64,000 nucleotides of DNA from Podarcis muralis (Eukaryota), in assembly GCF_964188315.1 (NCBI RefSeq), contig NC_135669.1:35278001-35342000 (forward strand), written 5' to 3'. The translations under genes were made by a program, and so were the position numbers. Of this stretch, positions 12,201-52,920 are shown in pieces. The notes beneath the pieces are model-generated. The model was not told where the DNA came from. It saw nothing but the letters and a program-made list of their open reading frames with translations, and made no database searches. Position 1 is the stretch's first letter; every line of letters starts with the position of its first letter.

Positions 12201-13950
12201 AGTAGGCACTGAAAAGGCAACAGAGATGGCAGCTGTCTGATGTGTAACTGGATGGAGTTACAATTTAGGTGGCTAACTGTTGGATCTGCAAGATGCCTTT
12301 ACTTGCAGAGCACAGCGATCAACTGGGTATATAAAGGGTGAGGTGATCTTTCAGGTCACTTCCTATGAAACATTTGAAAATGACTTCACAATACAGTAGG
12401 AACATATCCAAGAGCTGTACCAACTGAGATTAAAAACAAACAAACCCTGCGCTTGTAGAATGTCTTCGAAAGATGCCAAAAAGACAATATTTTAAATGCA
12501 TTTTAAGCTGCATTTTAAACTATATTCTAACATATTTTAATCAACTGGTTTTTTTAAAAAAAATGTTTTTACTGTATTTATAGTCAGTGTTAGCCACCCT
12601 GAGCCTGGTCTTGGCCAGGGAGGGCAGGATATAAATAAAAATGTATTATTGTTATTGTTATAGGGAGATGGTGTCTGGCTGATAAATAGCAATTTATAGG
12701 TCACTGTGTAGCTGAAGTTCTCCATGCAGCTTACAGATACAAAGGCAAACAAAGAAAGAACCCAAATTCAATTAACACATCACCGTTACAAAACCACAGA
12801 TCACTTTAAAATAGCGGAGGGGAAGAAAATCCAGAAATCTGAACTGAATTAAAACTATATAACGTAATTCAAAAGGACTGCAACAAATTTTTACAGTTCC
12901 TTCATCTCCCCGCCGTCCCAGCTCTGAAAAAGTTATTAACGTAGGCACCAGGGAGGGGACGTTGCCAAAAATGCACTTTCGTCCATAGCATCCTCCTTCT
13001 GTACTTCTCCAGGCAAAGGGCACTTAGAGAGGATGGACTTGGATCGTGATGCGAGTGTTTTGTTAGGTAAATGTGGGAGGAGGCAAAATCTCTTCATATA
13101 ATGTAAATACATGGGCTATATCTCTTGTCTTATGGGCACTACAGAACTTTATTGAGAGGATATAAAACCATTATTTATTTCTGCAGCTCCTCATTCTCTC
13201 TCTCTCTGCCCTCAACCCTACTTTGGGATTATTTGCTCCCTGTTTACATTTCTTCAATACGAAGGTTTGATGGGTGTTGGAATAGTTTTAATGTTATGAT
13301 TGTTTTATCACTTGTGCAGTTGGCACTCTGGGCTCCTCTAGGAGCAAAGGTGGGATATAAATTTAATAAATAAAATTAATAAGGAGCGGTGGGGGACTAA
13401 GAAAATTCTCCCTGTCAAGGTTGTAGATGTTTGATGATGATATGAAGTTTAAGCTTGGTGGCAGCTGCCAAGATCAACAGTGGCGCTTAATGCCACCTTG
13501 CCTTATCTCCATGCGTGGGGCTTGACATCTTCTCGGAGACATCCTACGCACCCTCAGTCTCTTCAAGAAGATTAAGAGCTTTCTCTTGCCAGCCTGACAA
13601 GGAGGAAAGTGTGGAGGTGTGCGTGTATGCTAAATGCAAAGCTAATGTGGCCTTTATGAAACAGGAGGATTAGGCTGGTAAGTTTATACAAAGCCAAGGA
13701 GATCTTTTTGCCGAACGAAATGTGCAGCTGAGAAATATGAGCGGGAGGTCGATTGACACCTGAACAGCCAGGAGGGAATAATTAGGTATTTGCTATCTGT
13801 AGCTCCCCATGGCCTCTAGCAGCGTGTGGTTTTTGAATCATTAATCCTATTTGGGTGTGTGTGTGTGCGTGTGTGCACCTATGTGGTGGATGTCTTAAAC
13901 ATACATTTGCCATAACTTAGCTGTATTAATGCCTCAACTATAGTCAGGTA

Positions 13951-14192
13951 CAGTGGTACCTCGGGTTAAGTACTTAATTCATTCCAGAGGCCTGTTCTTA
14001 ACCTGAAACTGTTCTTAACCTAAAGCACCACTTTAGCTAATGGGGCCTCCCACTGCTGCTGCACCGCCGGAGCACGATTTCTGTTTTCACCCTGAAGCAA
14101 AGTTCTTAACCCGAGGTACTATTTCTGGGTTAGCGGCGTCTGTAACCTGAAGCGTATGTAACCTGAAGCGTATGTAACCCGAGGTACCACTG
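13951..14192 (+). mobile_element. Tc1/mariner MITE
   Basis: TA|CAGTGGTACCTCGGGTT...AACCCGAGGTACCACTG|TA. Confidence 0.92.
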
Positions 14193-14308
14193 TAGTTGCC
14201 TTGCAAGCTTTGATGGTGGAGACCAAGCTTCTAGTCCTGAGTGTTTCAGATGCACTTTATTTAATTTATTTATGCCACCCCCAGCATAGTGTTCTGTAGG
14301 TGGCTTAC

Positions 14309-14442
14309 NNNNNNNNNNNNNNNNNNNNNNNNNNNNNNNNNNNNNNNNNNNNNNNNNNNNNNNNNNNNNNNNNNNNNNNNNNNNNNNNNNNNNNNNNNNN
14401 NNNNNNNNNNNNNNNNNNNNNNNNNNNNNNNNNNNNNNNNNN
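14309..14442. other. Assembly gap (134 N)
   Basis: Run of N. Confidence 1.
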
Positions 14443-16494
14443 AAGGAAAAAGAACATGCCCTCAGTTTAAAAACAGATTTTTATTTTTTAAAAACCAACA
14501 ACACAAGAGGTCCATACCAAGATTTTATTTAAAAGTCTAGGTAAACACAAAGGTTTTTGCTTTGTAGGGATGGAAGAATCCAGCCATTTCACCCATTTTT
14601 CCAGTTGTAAGTTCATCTCTCCGCATTTCCACACCAGTTTGATTTATTTATTTTTAAAGTTTATAGAACTCATGGAAATTCATCAGCGTTTTAGTGTGAA
14701 GTTCTCCTAATATACACATGTTTGCCTAACACACATTTTTGCAAGGCACCTTCCCCTAATGTGCATTTTTCTGTGTTATTTCACCCTACTGTATGCATTC
14801 TTGTGCCCCTTACGTGGCCATACAGCAGCATTGCAAAATTTGGAGAAGTGCAGATTACAAAAGGCGACTGTGTCTTGGTTCTCATCTTGTTTAGGAAAGG
14901 GTGAATTTGGTAGGTTAACCTTTTAAATGCAATCTGAATCAGATTTCTCCTCCATCCCTATCAACCTAGTACCAAAACGATCTCAAAGATGGTGCCAGCT
15001 GAATCTCCCTGAGAAGGATGCCCTATAACCAGGATGGCGCTACTGAAAAGGACCTCTCCCTAGTGGTTACCCACTTCCCTCCATGTGGCACTGCAGGGGG
15101 TTCGACTAGATGATCCTTCGGGTCCCTTCCAACTCTACAATTCTATGGCCCCTGCCTTCTGCCCCATCAGCCACTGCATTCCTATTGTCTTTGACTTCTC
15201 TCTAGAAGTCTGGTTGGGGGGCAGGGGGAATTTCCATATAAGCCTGGGTAAAATGTGCAGACTCTGGAAAATGGTGCAGTTTGAAGCTCCTTCAGATGAA
15301 ATTTTAAACTTCATGCCTTTGGGCTGCTGGAGGAGAGTCAATAGTATGAATGTGAAGGCATTGATTGTTTGGTTTGCTGTCAAGGCACCAGACGTCCTGA
15401 TCTAGCTTCCCCGAAGCAAGTAAACTCTTGCCTTCAGTTACAATGAAGAAGAAATTGATGTCGTGAATGGATGCGGCAAGACTCTTCCGAGAAACACCTT
15501 TCCAGATCTAAAGATCTTCTTTTGAGGTCTTGTTGGGTGACAACTACCAAATGACGCGCGTCAGCTGTCTATGAAGGAGAGAGCTTCTTTGTGGTGACAC
15601 TTCGCTTATGGAGTTGTCACCCCAGGGAGGCTCACCTGGCACTTTTTCTGTGACATTTTTCACAACAGGTGAATAGATTTTTATTCCTCCAGACCTTTTG
15701 ATATTTATTAATTTGTTTGGTGCTTTGTTTTTTTGGATTCGTATCCTGTCTTTTTGCCAAGGCACTAAATAGTTTGCATTTTTTACAATTTACACTTTTT
15801 CACTTCTCCTACCTCACTCACCAGCAGTTAAAAATAAAACACAAACAACCCCACTACCAGCCTTCTTCCTTCCTTCTCCTCGGGCAGAATCACATCCATT
15901 GACCCATGGCAGGGGGGCAGGGAACCATCTGACTAATGCAGACCCTGATGGTGTCTCTATCTGCCTGCCTTGCTATCAAGCAAACTTTTAAACAAACTTG
16001 TGTCCAAATAAACCTTGGGCTCTCACCGTTTTAGGTGTTGTTGTTTTTAAAGACCATTGGGTTCCATTAAACATTAAGTTAAAGTCACTTGATGGTAAGC
16101 CTCTTGCACTGATGAAATGAAATGTTGTTGAGTCAGATTGTAGTGCAAGAGATTGCGCAACAGGAATCAGCAGGCGTGCAGCAAGCTTCCTCTAGCATAA
16201 CCGTTTGCTTCTTGCTCTATAAGTTCTTCAGAGAATATTGTTGCTAGTGGCAGCTGTAGAACTTCATATAGATGTTGTTAACTGCCTTCCAACATCAGAT
16301 GGGATATCTGCATTGATCATTACAGGAGTGAACGGTGTGTGTGTGTGAAGGGAAACCTGGGAAAAGACCATGAGTGTAATCATCAAATTGTTGCTAATGA
16401 ACAGGCTAGCATAGGTGTGAACCAATGGCATGTAGTCAGTAGGGCAACTAGGCTACTCCCCTAAATGTTACCGGTACTGTATATATAGTAATTT

Positions 16495-16847
16495 GGGACA
16501 CGGGTGGCGCTGTGAGTTAAACCACAGAGCCTAGGACTTGCTGATCAGAAGGTCGGCGGTTCAAATCCCCACGACGGGGTGAGCTCCCGTTGCTTGGTCC
16601 CTGCTCCTGCCAACCTAGCAGTTCGAAAGCACGTCAAAGTGCAAGTAGATAAATAGGTACCACTCTGGCTGGAGGGTAAACGGTGTTTCCGTGCGCTGCT
16701 CTGGTTCGCCAGAAGCGGCTTAGCCATGCTGGCCACATGACCCGGAAGCTGTACGCTGGCTCCCTCGGCCAATAAAATGAGATGAGCGCTGCAACCCCAG
16801 AGTCGGTCACGACTGGACCTAATGGTCAGGGGTCCCTTTACCTTTAC
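16495..16847 (+). mobile_element. Sauria SINE, full length
   Basis: Full head and tail. 13-bp TSD TATATAGTAATTT at 16482-16494 and 16848-16860. Confidence 0.95.
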
Positions 16848-17595
16848 TATATAGTAATTTAGAGCATTAAAGTATTAAAGCCTGGTGCCACCTTCCCAAA
16901 ACCCAGGAAGCTTCTGCCTGGGTTTAGGGAGGAAGGTGCAATGCTCTGATGGGGTCGAAGAGCCCTCCTGCCACTTTGCCAAAGCCTGCCCAGAATTGGG
17001 AATTGGGCAGCAGGGCTCCAGCATTCAGTCAGAGGCCTGCTACCTCCTTCCCAAAGCCCAGAAAGCTTCTGCCCTGCTTAGGGAGGGTGGCACAATGCTC
17101 ACATGTATTACATCACATGCACAATGTTGCCCCCCCCCCCATTGCCCTCACAAGCTGGCACCTCTGGCCCTAACTGTTCCCCTACAAAGAATTTCAATGC
17201 ATGCCACTGGTGTGGAGAACCTTGAGCTCTCCAGATGAATGACAACTCTCATCCCCCCCTGCCAAAGACTTTGCACCCCTAGGCTAAAGCTCAGGAGCAA
17301 AACACAGTCTTTGCTTCCCGGATGTTTCTGATTCAGTCCTTGGCACCTCCTGCTAAAAGCGTCTGAAGTGGGCAAATAACTCATTTACCTAAGACCTTGC
17401 AAAGACCTCTTGTGAGTAAAGATAGGCAAAACTGGGTGCCTCCCGCATCTGAGGCTGCATTCTAGACTACCTGCAGTTTCCAAACCATCTTCTAAAGCAA
17501 ACCTACATACAAAACACTGTAGAAGTTATCACAGCATTGGTTACTGCAGCCAGGCTATCTCCGCTTTGACATATGCTTTCTCATACTTTGCATAT

Positions 17596-17947
17596 GGGGA
17601 CGTGGGGGGGGGGGCGCTGTGGTCTAAACCACAGAGCCTAGGGCTTGCCGATCAGAAGGTCGGCAGTTCGAATCCCCATGACGGGGTGAGCTCCCATTGT
17701 TCAATCCCAGCTCCTGCCAACCTAGCAGTTCGAAAGCACATCAAAGTGCAAGTAGATAAATAGGTACCGCTGCGGCGGGAAGGTAAACGGCATTTCCGTG
17801 CGCTGCTCTGGTTCGCCAGAAGTGGCTTAGTCATGCTGGCCACAAGACCCAGAAGCTGTACGCCGGCTCCCTCAGCCAATAAAGCGAGATGAGCGCCACA
17901 ACCCCAGAGTCGGTCACGACTGGACCGGTCAGGGGTTCCTTTACCTT
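17596..17947 (+). mobile_element. Sauria SINE, full length
   Basis: Closely similar to the 16495 copy. Left TSD TACTTTGCAT at 17584-17593; the right TSD is interrupted by the next SINE. Confidence 0.93.
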
Positions 17948-17954
17948 TACTTTG

Positions 17955-18208
17955 AGAGCCAGTGTGGTGTAGTGGTTAAGAGCGGTAGTCTCGTAATCTG
18001 GTGAACTGGGTTCGATTCCCCGCTCCTCCACATGCAGCTGCTGGGTGACCTTGGGCCAGTCACACTTCTCTGAAGTCTCTCAGCCCCACTCACCTCACAG
18101 AGTGTTTGTTGTGGGGGAGGAAGGGAAAGGAGAATGTTAGCCGCTTTGAGACTCCTTAAAGGGAGTGAAAGGCGGGATATCAAATCCAAACTCTTCTTCC
18201 TCTTCTTC
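17955..18208 (+). mobile_element. Squam3-like tRNA-derived SINE
   Basis: agagccagtgtggtgtagtggttaagagc...gggttcgattccc head, gggtgaccttgggccagtca core, (CTT)n tail. TSD TACTTTG at 17948-17954 and 18209-18215. Confidence 0.88.
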
Positions 18209-19900
18209 TACTTTGCATTATAAGATATTTTGAGAGTTGCTTGTTAGCCTGTGAAGTTGTCCACCTTCCTTTCTCCCTTTTGGATGCTTGTGATCATGAA
18301 TACTTGCTATGCATCAGAGACAGTTGATGTGATGATAGCCAAATGTTTTGGGCTACAACTCCCACCATTCCTGACTTCTGGTCATGCTGAGAATTGGGGG
18401 CTGATGGAAGCTGAAGCCTATGTCTGGAGGTGGGAGGCTATGTTTGCTTTTATCTAGCTATTGGGGGGATATCAATGGAAGTTGTACTTCAGAAACCCTG
18501 AAGGAGACCCCGTGGACTACCTGTGCTATATAGGATTTTGCACACTAAAGATCTGTAAGGCAATCTTGACTTTGAGCTTTTCAACCATAACAGACTCTCC
18601 CCCATAAAAAAGTTTTCATTTAGCTTTCTTTTTAGAGGAAGTTATTTCAGAAACCACCAATATCCAATATTGGATGCTTGCTTTAATACTTTCTGCTTTT
18701 AATGTGTGGCTTTCCCGCCCTGAGTTAGTAGCTCTTAGAATTAGGGCTTTGTTTTGTTTACAAAGTACCACTTTTTGATTTAATAATGCGCTCTGTTTAT
18801 CTGCATGTGGAGAAATGGCCCCCTTGCGGTTAGGAAACCAGCTGTTTAAAATATAGATTTGTCCAGGGCTGAGATGGTTTATGTCCCTCTTTCCATCTTC
18901 TCCCTCCACAGAGTGTCACAAAGAGTTAGGAAGCTAAACCCATACTTCCCATTTACTGTCTATCCCAAATGACAGCTGAACAAATTCAAGAAGGAAACAA
19001 CAGAGGGGTATTATGTTCTTGGAAGGATTTGCACTCTAGGGAGCCAGTTTTCAGAGCAGAACTTGGCTGAAGGATGAAAAACGCGTTGTTTTATTACCAT
19101 AATTGATGGAGGCGGTTGCGTGTTTGCATTTCAGCAGAGGCTCCTGCAATGTCGGCAAGCAAAGCTCATAGATTTTGCCTTCATGTGGCATTTCCAGCAC
19201 ACTTGGAGCCTGTAATCTCATTTCCCATGCTGGGGGAGCAAAGCGTCTTTGAGTGCTGTGCTGGAGGTGCTTATTATAACTTGGTATTAATCTCCTTTTA
19301 AAAATTGCAGTTCCCAGAGATGGCAAAATGGGATGTCTGGGAAGCTCAACAGTAGAGGACATGTTCTGCATGCAAAAGGGGCTCAATATCGACCCCAGGC
19401 TTTTGCCGTTTAAGGATTTCAGCCAGCGTGGTTGGGAAAGACTGACCATTTGGCAGGGTAGACAATGCTGAGTTAGTGGGAGCAGTCCTCTGACTTGAGT
19501 CACATCCATACCACACATTTAAAGCACATAGCGTTCCCTAAAGACTACTGTGAACTGTTGTTTACCCCCTCAAAACTACAGTCCCAAACACCACCTTTTG
19601 CACTGTTAAGTGGACAATTCAAGAAGGTTCCAGCCAATGAATGATCATATTTGTGTGCAGTTACAACAACAAAATCTGCTGATCCTATTCTTCTGTACTG
19701 TAATCTGTATACTGATTGTAGTTCCACCATCCGCAAAGGCACACTCAGTTCTGGATTTACGTATAAGCTAAACAAGCTATAGCTGAGGGCCCTACTATCT
19801 TGCCCCCCCCCCAAAAAAAAACTAAAAGGAAAAAAACCTGGATGTACATTTCCAAAATATTAATATACTTCTTCTTAATTGCATTTCAGTTCAACAATTA

Positions 19901-20157
19901 CCGTATTTTTTGCTCTATGACTCACTTTTTCCCTCCTAAAAAGTAAGGGGAAATGTGTGTGAGTCTTATGGAGCGACTGCAGGCTGCGCAGCTATCCCAG
20001 AAGCCAGAAGAGCAAGAGGGATTGCTGCTTTCACTGTGCAGTGATCCCTCTTGCTGTTCTGGCTTCTGAGATTCAGAATATTTTTTTTCTTGTTTTCCTC
20101 CTCCAAAAACTAGGTGCGTCTTGTGGTCTGGTGCATCTTATAGAGCGAAAAATACGG
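19901..20157. mobile_element. Tc2/pogo-like MITE
   Basis: TA|CCGTATTTTTTGCTCTAT...ATAGAGCGAAAAATACGG|TA, with an internal 24-bp hairpin. Confidence 0.88.
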
Positions 20158-22229
20158 TACTTTGATAAAATACATATTTTGTTATGTGCAAATGGCTTTA
20201 GATACCTATTAGGTCCATAAATTACCATATAGCATACATTCAACACACAAAAAACCAGCGACAATTTGTTGTTGGCAAAGGACAGCTGGACATATAAAGG
20301 GCCCCATTACCTTCAGCAGCTTAGGGCCTCATCAAACCTAAATCTGGCCCTGGTTTAGATTCCGCCCTGGTCACCAATAACTACAGAGTGGAGCCATAAT
20401 TGTTGTTATGGCATTAATATCCCAGCTTTTCTCCAAGGGGTTCAAAGTGAAACACTGTAGAAGAGAGTTATTGCCCCCATATCCCACTTGTGGGCTTTCT
20501 GTAGTAATCTGCTTGATCTCTGTTGAAACAGGAAGAGCTGGGCCAGATGGGCCTGATCCAACAGTGCTCTTTATACTGAGGTGGGGACAAAGCCAACTAA
20601 ATCCCACTCACACTAGGCCCATTGAAGCGAGTGGATCTCATTTAGTTGTGCCCTTTCATTTCAGTGGGTCTACTCTGAGTAGGACTAACAACGGGCACAG
20701 CTCTTTGTCTCTGGAAACAGAAAAACGAGTTCCCCGTGAGAGCAGTCGATGGGGTTTTATTTACCATGTCCCGTCGCATGGTTTTCTTCCATTATTTAGA
20801 GACCGCGGCTGAAGAAAATTCAGCTGTTTTTAATAAAGTCTGATTTGCTCGTTGAGCAATGCCTGGCGCTGCCAGCCAGGCTCCCAATTACTGGGGTTTT
20901 CCGTAATACAAGGCCTCCAATCCTGCTGAGGCCTGGTGCAAGGGGGTGCGGATGGGGGCTGAGGTCAATGCAGACTTTCCTGATCCGTAATGAATGTTTA
21001 CCCAAAACGACAAGCGTAAAATGGAATCTTTGTACGGGCTGCCAACCCCCTTCTCATCGCTACACCTCCCCATTTTTACAGAGCTAATTTGAGCAAAACC
21101 AATACGGAGCTTTCCCTCAACATGTCTTCACCAATTTCAGCAGCCAAGATAAGTCACGAGCCTCTGGTAAGGTGACAGGTGGAAGGCCACGCTCCAAGTT
21201 TGCCCTCTGGGAAAGGAGCTTGGAAGCTTACACAAGCAAAACCTTTGTTAAAAGAACTTTAATAAATGGGCAGAGAAATAGCCTGTCTCCAGCATCCCAT
21301 ATAATCTGGTAAAAGGAACCAACGCTGCTGTTCTTACCCCCAGTCAAGTCCTGTTTGATGCTGTGACGCTCTTAAGTTGCTCCTTAATGTTGCAGTTTGG
21401 GACTGCAGTTGGGAATTCTGATGACAGCGGGAGTGGAAATTGCCAATGTTCACTTATTCATACCAGAAATCCAGAAATTTGCACCAGAAATGCAAATACA
21501 GCTGGCTTTCCCGGTAGTTGTTGCTTTCGGTTTGCAAAGGAAAAAAAAATATGATTATGTTTCCCTGCCCGCCATTTGCATTGAAATGATTGGGATGGAA
21601 GAACACAAAGACAATGTAGTTTTTCTACATAACAGCATAAGTTATGTATTTTTGCTGCAGCAGACAGTGCAATGAATAATGTGGTTTTTGTTGGGAGGTG
21701 AAGTGCAGTGGAATGGAAGCAGTGCTGCATGCAACATAGTTGAGCAGAATGAAAAATGGTGCCTTCTAACAGACCCCCCTGCACCAGGCCCTATTGGAGC
21801 AAATAGATTTATAATAAATTATAAGTTGTTTTATCATTACCTTGAAGAAGGAAAGCTTTTTTAAAAAAAAATGTTTGAAAGATTGGAGTCTATGCTTTAC
21901 ATACCTATTCAAGAATCAGACAAATATCTGGCATTTGAGAGACACCAGGCATCTAACATCCAGGTGATAGTGGAACACTCTGTGTGTCAGGGAGTTCCAC
22001 TGGAAAATCTTTGTCCCTTTTTTTGTGGGGATGGAGGGAGAAAGTTTCTTCACAGGAGATTTCTAACAGGAAGGCATAACTCTCTAATTATTATGATCTC
22101 TCCCCTTCCCTTTCCTTCAATATTACAATTTTTATTTCTGGAAAGGTGGTTCTTGATGTCACTATGTTCTGGTTGTTGCCCTCTGTGATTGGCATGACAT
22201 CCAGGGAAGTGGGATGCCAGAAGATTCAG

Positions 22230-22490
22230 GGCAGGCAAAATAAAGTCCTTCTTCCCACAGCACATCACCTATGGAAATCAGTCCCACAAGAGGCAGTAGT
22301 GGCCACTGACGTGGATGGCTGTAAAAGAGGATTAGACAAAGTCGTGGAGGATAAGGTTATCCATGGCTGCTAGCCAAGATCACAGTGTTCTACCTCCACT
22401 GTTGGAGGCAGTGGTGCTTCTGAATGACGATTGTTGGAAACCGCAGGAGGGAAGAGTGCTCTTGTGTTTGAGTCCTGCTTCTGGGCAGTG
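22230..22490 (+). mobile_element. CR1 LINE 3' fragment
   Basis: ...tatggaaatcagtcccacaagaggcagtagtggcc...aaaagaggattagacaaagtcgtggaggataagg is a CR1 ORF2 end with 3'UTR. Confidence 0.7.
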
Positions 22491-24085
22491 TTCAAAATTA
22501 GTCAGGCGCCAGGTGAATTTTGCACCTGGCTGTTGGCCACATGCAACCAAGAGAAGATGCCTGGGCACCAGGATGGTGCCTAACATCTCCACCATCTGGA
22601 GGTGCATGCCAGGGGATTCATGGATCTTGTCTGTTTACACACACTAACATTCTTTAGAATTCTAGCCATGATATTTTATCTGCACAATCAGAACGAATTT
22701 CAGAAACCCAAAAGTTTTATTGAAAAATACCACTGACCCCCAAATGGCAACTGGACATTCTCTTTTGGCGACTGTAACCCTGATTTAAGGAGTCATTTGC
22801 TGCCTAGCTTATATATGCAAGTTTCTAACACTTCTTTTGGGCTTCCCACAGTTGACCACTATGATAACAAGATGCTGAGACTAGAGGGGATACTGGCCTG
22901 ATCCATCAGATATTTCTTGCATTCTCTTTCCCCTCCAACTACCTTTCTCTGCAGCATCCCCTTCTTCTATCTCTTAGACCCCTATTCTTTTCTTTCTCTG
23001 CAATCCTAAACACACCTACATGGGAATGAAGCTCATTGGACACACAGCCAGATTTATTTCTGAGTAAACTAACATTGGTAAAAGCAAACAAACAGATAAA
23101 TAGGGAAATCCAGGAATCCTGACAATTTTTATTTTTAGCTGCATGCTTTCCGTTGTGGGTCTAAGAGTGGGTGTGGTTTTTTGGTGGTGATGGTGGGGGA
23201 ATTAAATCCAGGAAATTGCTCTGAGGGAGGAACAGGTTGCCAGCCCCCTCTCAGCTCCAGTTCTTTGATTAAATTCAGATCTGGCCACATCATCCTCAAA
23301 ACATCCAGAGAGCCAATTGTGGACATCTCCTTCCTTTTGGCTCCAAGTGACCTGGACAGACCAAATTGCACTAACCCCCTTTGGTGAAAAGAGTGTTACA
23401 GGGCAAATCTGGCCATTTTTGTTTCCCTCTCTTACTCGTTTTCCCAGTTCAATTTCGCAGATTTCCATAGCATTTCGAGAATTACTTTATTTAGAGAAGT
23501 CCTACTGAAAACCCATCAGCATTTTAGTGCAGATTTTGCTTAATATGTTCATTTTTGCGAGCAGTTTTCCCTACCATAGCATGCATTTTGTATGTTATTT
23601 TCACAAATGCAGGCATTCTTATCCACAGTTTATTCTACGTTTGCACATTTTGTACACATTGCTTGGTTTGAGAATTGCCTTGCAAAGCTCGGAGAAGTGT
23701 GAATTTTGCATTTCAGTTAGCGTGTTGCTTTCAGGAAGTGCACATCAGGGAGCTTTGCCTTTAAATCCAAACCAAATCAATTTTCTCCCCCATCCCTACA
23801 GCAGATCTCTTTCCACTCAGCTTTACAGTTCTTCATTTCCCTCCTCTTTCCTTCCACTTCCCTTCCACACCAAAATTGAACTGTTTGTGAGTGTTCTATT
23901 GCTACCAACTTCATTTCCCTTGGGGGAGAGAACATAACCTCAGTGCCACTAGTTGAATGCAGGGAGCAGAAGACTAGTTTCAAGATGTGCTAGAAACCCT
24001 GGCTTCAGTTTATGATTTCTTTCGTCACGTAATTTGGCATGGTGTAACCTTAACCCTCTTTTGTGTCATCTCTTCCTGTTTCCAG

Positions 24086-52920
<28,835 letters not shown>

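Noticed and set aside
16545-16772. Recurrent ORF MAEGASVQLPGHVASMTKPLLANQS (also 6847, 17652, 26489, 30792, 38910, 43680) as a gene family
   Set aside because: It is a translation of Sauria SINE sequence, with variable starts and stops among copies.
1-24085. Upstream AUTS2 exons (1-6) or another protein-coding gene
   Set aside because: No segment encoding the expected peptides or having a credible splice-bounded frame was found by eye. A small exon or something inside the N gaps cannot be excluded.
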